Positions 48,653 through 55,025 of a stretch of DNA of 55,025 bases are shown here, piece after piece. Made by a program: the position numbers and the translations under genes. The first letter of the stretch is position 1; each line of letters opens with the position of its first letter. Under the pieces are notes generated by a model. It made no database searches. It was not told the DNA's origin and saw only the letters and a list, made by a program, of their open reading frames with translations. The DNA is from Clostridia bacterium (GTDB lineage: Bacteria > Bacillota > Clostridia > HGM11514): contig JAZNAU010000033.1 of assembly GCA_045586685.1 (NCBI GenBank), positions 1-55,025 of the forward strand, in the 5' to 3' direction.

Positions 48653-49990
48653 ATGACGTATGAAGAATTAAAGCAGATAGTCCGCAAGGCGGGAGTGGCC
48701 GGCGCAGGCGGTGCGGGTTTTCCGACCTATGCAAAGCTTTCTCCAAAGGCAGATACCATTATTTTAAACTGCGCGGAATGTGAACCTCTGTTTAAAGTAC
48801 ATCGCCAGTTGTTGGAGCAATTTGCAGACGAAATATGTCACGGACTGAATGAAATTTGCATCGCAGTAGATGCACAGCAGTTTATCATTGCTGTTAAAGA
48901 AGAATACAAGGAAGCGGTTGCTGCCGTTAAGGCTGTACTTCCTGACTATGAAAAAGGAAAGCTGTCCCTTCTCCCCGAAATTTATCCGGCTGGAGATGAA
49001 GTGGTTACCATTTACGAGGCCACAGGCAGACAGGTTCCTGCGGGAAATCTCCCGATTTCTGTGGGTGTTACAGTATTTAATGTAGAAACCGTTCTCAATA
49101 TAGACAGGGCTATTTGTAAGGGTACCCCTGTCACAAATAAGTATGTAACGGTAGCCGGGGCGGTAAAAACGCCTCAAACCTACTGTGTTCCTCTTGGAAC
49201 AACCTTTGAGGAATTGATATTACTGTCAGGCGGAGTCACTGTTGACGATTACGAAATCATCAGCGGCGGACCTATGACGGGCGTTTTGTCTCATAAAAAA
49301 GCGGTCGTAACCAAAACCACCAACGGAATACTGGTTATGCCGGAGCAGCATATGATTGTTCAAAAACGCAAGGCAAAAACGGCGGTCAGCGTGAATCGGG
49401 CAAAAAGTTCTTGTTGTCATTGCAGAATGTGTACCGATTTATGCCCCAGAAATTTGCTGGGGCAGCCTGTAAAGCCTCATGAACTTATGAACGCACTGGC
49501 AAGAGGCGGAAATTACGTTGATGCAAAGGCCCTTATGGGTAATTTATACTGTGTATCCTGCGGCGTATGTGAACTATACGCCTGTCAGCAAGGGTTAAAT
49601 CCCCGCTCGCTGATTGCAGAATTTAAGGATGCTATGAGAAAAGCCGGAGTCAGACCTGAGGTAACAGAACAAGCAAGCGCTGTTCATCCTCACAGAGAAA
49701 ACCGCAAGGTTTCCATGCAACGTCTGAAAACCAGACTGGATTTGACCCGCTATGACTTGCCTGCTCCCCTTACGGAGCTGCAACCACATGCTAAAGCTTA
49801 TACAATACCCCTTTCTCAGAGTATTGGAGCACCGGCAAATTCGATTGTTTCCGAAGGGCAAAAGGTAACGCAAGGTGAGTTAATTGCCTCTTATAATGAA
49901 GAAGCTTTATCTCTACCTATTTATGCATCAGTAAGCGGTGTTATCACAAAGGTTAGCAACAGAGACATTACAATAAAGAAGGAGGACTAA
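48653..49990 (+). CDS. pduS: PduS/RnfC-like flavin Fe-S oxidoreductase
   Basis: GVAGAGGAGFPT, NCAECEP, YPAGDE, GGPMTG, two CxxCxxCxxxC clusters. Confidence 0.88.
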   Translation: MTYEELKQIVRKAGVAGAGGAGFPTYAKLSPKADTIILNCAECEPLFKVHRQLLEQFADEICHGLNEICIAVDAQQFIIAVKEEYKEAVAAVKAVLPDYEKGKLSLLPEIYPAGDEVVTIYEATGRQVPAGNLPISVGVTVFNVETVLNIDRAICKGTPVTNKYVTVAGAVKTPQTYCVPLGTTFEELILLSGGVTVDDYEIISGGPMTGVLSHKKAVVTKTTNGILVMPEQHMIVQKRKAKTAVSVNRAKSSCCHCRMCTDLCPRNLLGQPVKPHELMNALARGGNYVDAKALMGNLYCVSCGVCELYACQQGLNPRSLIAEFKDAMRKAGVRPEVTEQASAVHPHRENRKVSMQRLKTRLDLTRYDLPAPLTELQPHAKAYTIPLSQSIGAPANSIVSEGQKVTQGELIASYNEEALSLPIYASVSGVITKVSNRDITIKKED

Positions 49991-49994
49991 ACCA

Positions 49995-50543
49995 ATGGCA
50001 AAAGCAATCGGAATGTTAGAATATACAACCGTTTCTACCGGTGTTCAGGCAACTGACCTAATGGTCAAGACCTCGGAAGTAGAATTGATTGAAGCCCAAG
50101 TGGTTTGTCCGGGTAAATATATTTCTTTGATTTGCGGCGATTTAAGTGCAGTGAAGGCTGCCATAGATGCAGCAAAAACAAACTTTGGTGAAAAGCTGAT
50201 TGATACCTTCATCCTGGGGAACCCTCACGAAGGTATCTTCCCCGCCATTTACGGCTCTGCAGAGGTGGAAAATCCTGCGGCATTAGGCGTTTTGGAAACC
50301 TACTCCGCAGCATCCATTATCGTAGCGGCAGATGCAGCGGCAAAAACCTCTGAAGTCACGCTGATAGAACTGCGGATTGCCCGTGGAATGTGCGGAAAAT
50401 CTTACATGACTCTGACGGGTGATGTGGCAGCTGTAACAGCAGCAATAGAAAAAGCAAAAAAAGAGGTAGGAGAAAACGGAATGTTGTTAGATTGCTCCGT
50501 GATTCCAAGACCTTCTGAAAAATTGTGGAAAACCATTCTATAA
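49995..50543 (+). CDS. pduT: BMC-T shell protein, PduT type
   Basis: Two BMC domains; CPGKY pore Cys; follows pduS. Confidence 0.9.
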   Translation: MAKAIGMLEYTTVSTGVQATDLMVKTSEVELIEAQVVCPGKYISLICGDLSAVKAAIDAAKTNFGEKLIDTFILGNPHEGIFPAIYGSAEVENPAALGVLETYSAASIIVAADAAAKTSEVTLIELRIARGMCGKSYMTLTGDVAAVTAAIEKAKKEVGENGMLLDCSVIPRPSEKLWKTIL

Positions 50544-50562
50544 ATAAAGGGTGTGAAATAAA

Positions 50563-51957
50563 ATGTTAGATGAAAGATATGTAAGCGAGTTGGTAGCAAG
50601 CGTAATCAATTCCATGACCACCACTACGGGGACATCCTCCACCAAGCAAAAGGGTGTTTTTGCAACCATGGGTGAGGCATTGGAGGCTGTGAACAAAGCG
50701 TACCAGCAATACCGCAGCTACACGATTGAGCAACGGGAAAAAATGATTTCTAAAATTCGCGAATTAACCTTGAAGGAAGCAGAAAACATGGCTGTCCTTG
50801 GTGTGGAAGAAACCGGCATGGGCCGTGTTTCGGATAAAATCATCAAGCATCAGCTGGTAGCAAATAAAACACCGGGAACGGAGGATTTACATCCCACCGC
50901 CTTTACAGGTGATCGTGGTATGACCGTTGTTGAAATGGCGCCCTACGGCATCATTGGAAGCATTACCCCCTCCACCAACCCCAGTGAAACCGTTATTTGT
51001 AACTCCATTGGTATGATTGCAGGGGGAAATGGTGTAGTATTCAATCCTCATCCCAATGCCTGCAGAACCGCGAACTATGCAGTTGATTTGGTAAACCGTG
51101 CTATTTTAGAAGCAGGGGGGCCTGAAAATCTGGTGGTTACGGTAGAACATCCTACCAAGGAATCCTCCAACGAAATGATGAAATCTCCTTTGGTTAAAAT
51201 GTTGGTAGCAACAGGAGGTCCCGGAGTTGTAAAAGCATTGCTGTCCTCCGGAAAGAAGGCAATCGGTGCAGGGGCAGGAAATCCTCCTGTTATTGTTGAT
51301 GATACTGTAAACGTTTACAAAGCCGCAGGTGATATTGTTGCAGGTGCAAGCTTTGACAACAATCTACCCTGTATTGCAGAAAAAGAATGTTTTGCTTTTG
51401 CAAACATTGCCGATCAACTGATTGACGCAATGCAAAAGCAAGGAGCTTACCTGATTTCCGGCGAACAAGTTGATCGTCTGGTAAAAATTGCTCTTATTGA
51501 AAAAGATGGTAAATATTCTATCAATAAAGATTGGGTTGGAAAAGATGCAGGAAAGTTTTTAAAAGAACTTGGCATTGATGCAGATCCAAGACTGATTATC
51601 TGCGAAACAAAGGCATGCCATCCCTTTGTTGTGGAAGAATTGATGATGCCTATTTTACCCATTGTTCGGGTAACGGATATTGATCAAGCTGTAGAGCTGG
51701 CAGTCAAGGCAGAAGCCGGAAACCGTCACTCTGCTCACATTCATTCCAAGAATGTGGACCATTTGACCAAGTTTGCAAAAGCGGTTGAAACCACAATATT
51801 TGTTAAAAATGCTCCTTCCTTTGCCGGTATCGGTGCCGGTGGAGAAGGATACACCACATTTACCATTGCAGGCCCTACAGGAGAAGGGTTGACCGCAGCT
51901 CACTCCTTCACTCGTCAGCGTCGTTGCGTATTGGTAGACGGATTGCATATTGTATAA
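50563..51957 (+). CDS. pduP: CoA-acylating aldehyde dehydrogenase (PduP/EutE)
   Basis: N-terminal encapsulation peptide, TPSTNP, TGGPGVV, GAGNPP, FDNNLPCIAEK, TIAGPTGEG. Confidence 0.93.
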   Translation: MLDERYVSELVASVINSMTTTTGTSSTKQKGVFATMGEALEAVNKAYQQYRSYTIEQREKMISKIRELTLKEAENMAVLGVEETGMGRVSDKIIKHQLVANKTPGTEDLHPTAFTGDRGMTVVEMAPYGIIGSITPSTNPSETVICNSIGMIAGGNGVVFNPHPNACRTANYAVDLVNRAILEAGGPENLVVTVEHPTKESSNEMMKSPLVKMLVATGGPGVVKALLSSGKKAIGAGAGNPPVIVDDTVNVYKAAGDIVAGASFDNNLPCIAEKECFAFANIADQLIDAMQKQGAYLISGEQVDRLVKIALIEKDGKYSINKDWVGKDAGKFLKELGIDADPRLIICETKACHPFVVEELMMPILPIVRVTDIDQAVELAVKAEAGNRHSAHIHSKNVDHLTKFAKAVETTIFVKNAPSFAGIGAGGEGYTTFTIAGPTGEGLTAAHSFTRQRRCVLVDGLHIV

Positions 51958-51973
51958 GAAAGGTTAGAGCGCT

Positions 51974-52627
51974 ATGAAAGCACTTGGAATAATTGAAGTA
52001 TACAGTTTCAGTACAGCAGTATGCGTTGCAGATGCGGCGGCAAAAGCCGGTGGCGTTGAGGTGATTGCCTTTGACAGAAACCGTCCTTTTTCCAAAGTGA
52101 AAAACCCACCCGCGCCTTTGGTTATGAATGTGAAGGTTGCAGGGAATGTAAGTGACGTGAAAGCTGCCGTAGAAGCAGGAGTGGCTGCAGCTGAAGCAAG
52201 AGATAAATACATTGTATCCCATGTTATCCCCCATCCCGGTGAGGATGTAGAAAAGATTGCATACTTATTGGATATCAACAGGGATAAATTTAATAAAAAG
52301 CTGCCAAAGAGCTTTTTAAACTATGAAGGTGAATTGGAACAGCAAGAAACCTCTGCAATCGGTTTGCTGGAGGTTCAGGGGTTAGTTGCCACGATCGAAG
52401 GTCTCGATAGCATGCTCAAAGCCGCAGCAGTCCGCCTGATTCACACAGAAAGACGGTTAGGCGGCGGAGGGCTTTGTACCTTTGTTGTTGCGGGCAGTGT
52501 TGATGCAGTCACCGCATCTGTAGAAGCGGGTTGTAAGAGTGCATCCGCTATCGGCAAAACCTTTGGCTGCGAAGTTATTGCAAAACCTCATGAAGAAGTA
52601 ACGAAATTTTTTGATTTTTCCATATAA
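51974..52627 (+). CDS. Tandem two-domain BMC shell protein
   Basis: Domain 1 KALGIIE...ADAAAKA...HVIPHP; domain 2 AIGLLE...DSMLKAA...VIAKPH. Confidence 0.88.
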   Translation: MKALGIIEVYSFSTAVCVADAAAKAGGVEVIAFDRNRPFSKVKNPPAPLVMNVKVAGNVSDVKAAVEAGVAAAEARDKYIVSHVIPHPGEDVEKIAYLLDINRDKFNKKLPKSFLNYEGELEQQETSAIGLLEVQGLVATIEGLDSMLKAAAVRLIHTERRLGGGGLCTFVVAGSVDAVTASVEAGCKSASAIGKTFGCEVIAKPHEEVTKFFDFSI

Positions 52628-52639
52628 GACAGGTGAAAA

Positions 52640-53281
52640 ATGATGAATTATGATGAAAAAACCATTGCTCTGGCAGTGCAAAAGGCACTGGAACAAATTC
52701 AGGGCGAAAAAACAGAAATTACCATTGGTGTTTCACAACGGCACGTTCATCTGAGCCAACAGGACTTAGAAACCCTGTTTGGTAAGGGTTTTGAGCTGAC
52801 CAAACAAAAAACCTTAATGGGTCGGGAATATGCGTCTGAACAGTTTGTAACCTTGGTAGGCCCCTCCCTTCGCTCCATTGAAAAGGTTCGTGTGCTAGGT
52901 CCGGTTAGAAAGAACACTCAGGTAGAAATATCCAGAACAGATACCTTTGTATTAAAGGTAAGTCCTCCGGTGCGTCCTTCCGGTGAAATTGAAGGCTCGG
53001 AGCGTCTTGTATTGGTAGGACCAAAAGGCACCGTATATTTACAACAGGGCGTTATTATTGCCAATCGGCATATCCATCTGTCTCCTGCCTTTGCCGAAAA
53101 GCATGGCATTAAGGATAATGATATCGTAGATGTTTTGGTAGAGGGCATTAAGCCCACCAAATTCTTTGATGTTCAGGTACGTGTACGGGATGATTTCCGA
53201 GAGGAAATGCATATTGATACTGACGATGCTAACTCCGCAGGCCTCAGAAACGGAGATACGGTGCGGATTATCCGTAAGTAA
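52640..53281 (+). CDS. pduL: Phosphate propanoyltransferase PduL
   Basis: GVSQRHVHL, VRVLGP.R, TQVEIS.TD, RHIH, MHIDTDDAN; N-terminal encapsulation peptide. Confidence 0.95.
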   Translation: MMNYDEKTIALAVQKALEQIQGEKTEITIGVSQRHVHLSQQDLETLFGKGFELTKQKTLMGREYASEQFVTLVGPSLRSIEKVRVLGPVRKNTQVEISRTDTFVLKVSPPVRPSGEIEGSERLVLVGPKGTVYLQQGVIIANRHIHLSPAFAEKHGIKDNDIVDVLVEGIKPTKFFDVQVRVRDDFREEMHIDTDDANSAGLRNGDTVRIIRK

Positions 53282-53294
53282 GGGGTGAAGCAGT

Positions 53295-54056
53295 TTGTTT
53301 GCTTTGGAACGTCAAAAAAGAATTCTGGAACAATTAAAAGCCAACGGTGCTGTTACCGTCAGCAAGCTAAGTACTCAACTGGAAGTGACGGAAGAAACTG
53401 TTCGCCGTGACTTGGAAAAACTGGAAAAGCAAGAAGCTTTGGTCAGAACTCATGGCGGTGCCATTCTCATTGACGAAAACAAACAAGAGGTTTCTTTGGA
53501 ACGCCGTAAGAAAATTAGTACAGATGTCAAGGAAAAGCTTGCCAAGGAAGCTGTCAAGTTTATTACTCCCGGCGACTCTATTTTTATCGATGCCTCTACC
53601 ACCACCTATTTCATGGCACAGGAATTGAAAAACATTCATGGTATTACCGTAATCACCAACTCCCTTCGGGTAGCAGAAAAATTAAGCGGTATTCCGGATA
53701 TCAAGCTGATTGTGGTGGGCGGTATTGTAAGCATGAATCAATCAATGGTTGGAAGTATGGCGGAGAATAATATCCAAAATCATTATTTTGTCAATAAAAT
53801 GTTCTTCAGCAGTCGTGGAATCAGTACAGCAGGAATCTTAGAAAGCAACGAGCAAGAGTGCTTTATTAAGCAAAGCATTATGCAAAATGCTACCGAAAAA
53901 TTCTATCTGTGTGACAAAAGTAAATTTGGCAGAGTAGGCTTTGTGAAGCTGGCAAAGCTGGAAGATGTTCAGTATATTATTACAGAAGAAGGTGCTGTAG
54001 ATGCCGAACTGAAAGCCGTGCTGGATGAATATAACGTAGAAATCAAAACTGTATAG
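53295..54056 (+). CDS. DeoR/GlpR-family transcriptional regulator
   Basis: VTEETVRRDL HTH, RTHGGA, IDASTT, ITNS, DKSKF. Confidence 0.94.
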   Translation: MFALERQKRILEQLKANGAVTVSKLSTQLEVTEETVRRDLEKLEKQEALVRTHGGAILIDENKQEVSLERRKKISTDVKEKLAKEAVKFITPGDSIFIDASTTTYFMAQELKNIHGITVITNSLRVAEKLSGIPDIKLIVVGGIVSMNQSMVGSMAENNIQNHYFVNKMFFSSRGISTAGILESNEQECFIKQSIMQNATEKFYLCDKSKFGRVGFVKLAKLEDVQYIITEEGAVDAELKAVLDEYNVEIKTV

Positions 54057-54060
54057 AAAC

Positions 54061-54089
54061 GAAAATCCTCAAATTTCTTGAGGATTTTT
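54061..54089 (+). terminator. Terminator ending the microcompartment locus
   Basis: AAAATCCTCAA-ATTTC-TTGAGGATTTT followed by T-rich sequence. Confidence 0.75.
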
Positions 54090-54090
54090 C

Positions 54091-54119
54091 TTGCTTTTTT
54101 TTTATATTTCTGTTATACT
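54091..54119 (+). promoter_or_regulatory. SigA promoter of metA
   Basis: TTGCTT-N17-TATACT with extended TG. Confidence 0.7.
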
Positions 54120-54150
54120 AATAGCAAGTAACAAAAAAGGAGGATGTTCC

Positions 54151-55025
54151 ATGCCAATTAAAATTCCAACCCAATTACCGGCAGCAAATGTATTGCAAAA
54201 AGAGAATGTATTTTTTATGAGTGAACTTCGCGCCATGCGGCAGGACATTCGTCCTTTGCGTATTCTGATTTTAAATCTGATGCCCACGAAAATTACTACA
54301 GAAACCCAGCTTCTTCGCCTGTTAGGGAATTCTCCCTTGCAGGTAGAGGTGGATTTGATGCAAACAAAAAGCCATCAACCCAAAAATACGCCTGCAGAAC
54401 ATCTGCTGAATTTCTACCACACCTTTGATGACTATCAGAACAACACCTATGACGGTATGATTATTACAGGTGCTCCGGTAGAAAACATGCCCTTTGAAGA
54501 GGTGAATTACTGGGAAGAACTGTGTGAAATTATGGAATGGAGCAAAACTCATGTAACCTCCACCTTCCATATCTGCTGGGGCGCTCAGGCGGCGCTTTAT
54601 TATCACTATGGTATTGAAAAGCATTCATTATCGGAAAAAATGTTTGGTATTTTTGAACATAAGGTATTAAACCCCCGCTCGAAACTGGTTCGAGGTTTTG
54701 ACGATACCTTCTATGCCCCCCATTCCCGTCATACAGGAGTGGACAGAGAGTTGATTGCTCAAAATGAGCAGTTGTCTATCTTGGCAGAATCGGAGGAAGC
54801 AGGAGTCTATATTGTAGCAAGCAAAGGCGGAAAACAGTTTTTTGTCACAGGGCACTCGGAATATGACCCTATGACCTTAGCAGAAGAATATTTCCGTGAT
54901 GTGGAAAAGGGACTGGAAATAGCCGTTCCCAAAAACTATTTCCCCGAGGATAATCCCAAGAAAAAACCAAAAGTCGCTTGGCGTTCTCATGCGAATCTCC
55001 TTTACTCCAACTGGCTCAATTACTA
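54151..55025 (+). CDS. metA: MetA-family homoserine O-acyltransferase (probably acetyl-CoA specific), truncated by the window end
   Basis: Manual translation [11 protein letters not shown]...ILNLMPTK...ITGAPVE...ICWGAQA...PHSRH...GHSEYD; AGGAGG RBS. Not in the ORF track. Confidence 0.95.
   Translation, partial: MPIKIPTQLPAANVLQKENVFFMSELRAMRQDIRPLRILILNLMPTKITTETQLLRLLGNSPLQVEVDLMQTKSHQPKNTPAEHLLNFYHTFDDYQNNTYDGMIITGAPVENMPFEEVNYWEELCEIMEWSKTHVTSTFHICWGAQAALYYHYGIEKHSLSEKMFGIFEHKVLNPRSKLVRGFDDTFYAPHSRHTGVDRELIAQNEQLSILAESEEAGVYIVASKGGKQFFVTGHSEYDPMTLAEEYFRDVEKGLEIAVPKNYFPEDNPKKKPKVAWRSHANLLYSNWLNY

Noticed and set aside
1-55025. tRNA, rRNA, T-box or SAM riboswitch, transposase, integrase
   Set aside because: No such signatures recognised by eye; a covariance-model scan would be needed to exclude them fully.

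Overview
Chromosomal window from a spore-forming Clostridia-like Firmicute. It starts with a truncated polysaccharide deacetylase and a Na+-translocating oxaloacetate-decarboxylase-type operon (gamma, biotin carrier, beta, alpha). Next are a zinc-ribbon membrane protein, ctsR-mcsA-mcsB-clpC with a CtsR box, rpsT and the yabM-mazG-hup-yabO-yabP-yabQ-divIC-yabR block. The dcw cluster (mraZ to ftsZ) has MraZ boxes and no murD or ftsA. It is followed by spoIVFA/B-like genes, the TIGR03960/TIGR03936 radical-SAM pair, two M16 peptidases, lgt, ybaK flanked by REP-like hairpins, and three phosphatases. About 14 kb is a glycyl-radical bacterial microcompartment locus (GRM5-like: B12-independent 1,2-propanediol dehydratase, class II aldolase, shell genes, DeoR regulator), and the window ends in a truncated metA. 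The microcompartment class is known, but this copy has unusual features: possible dual-start ADH and shell genes, a stand-alone heme-binding domain with a targeting peptide, a co-transcribed HAD phosphatase and phased operator-like repeats. The most notable non-coding signals are a SigE promoter embedded in an RBS-sequestering hairpin at yabP, a terminator-containing leader inside the dcw cluster, an iteron-like 12-bp repeat relic after clpC, and divergent GGGGT-hairpin repeats around ybaK. No rRNA, tRNA, CRISPR array or transposase was seen. All calls come from motif recognition by eye; no database searches were run.
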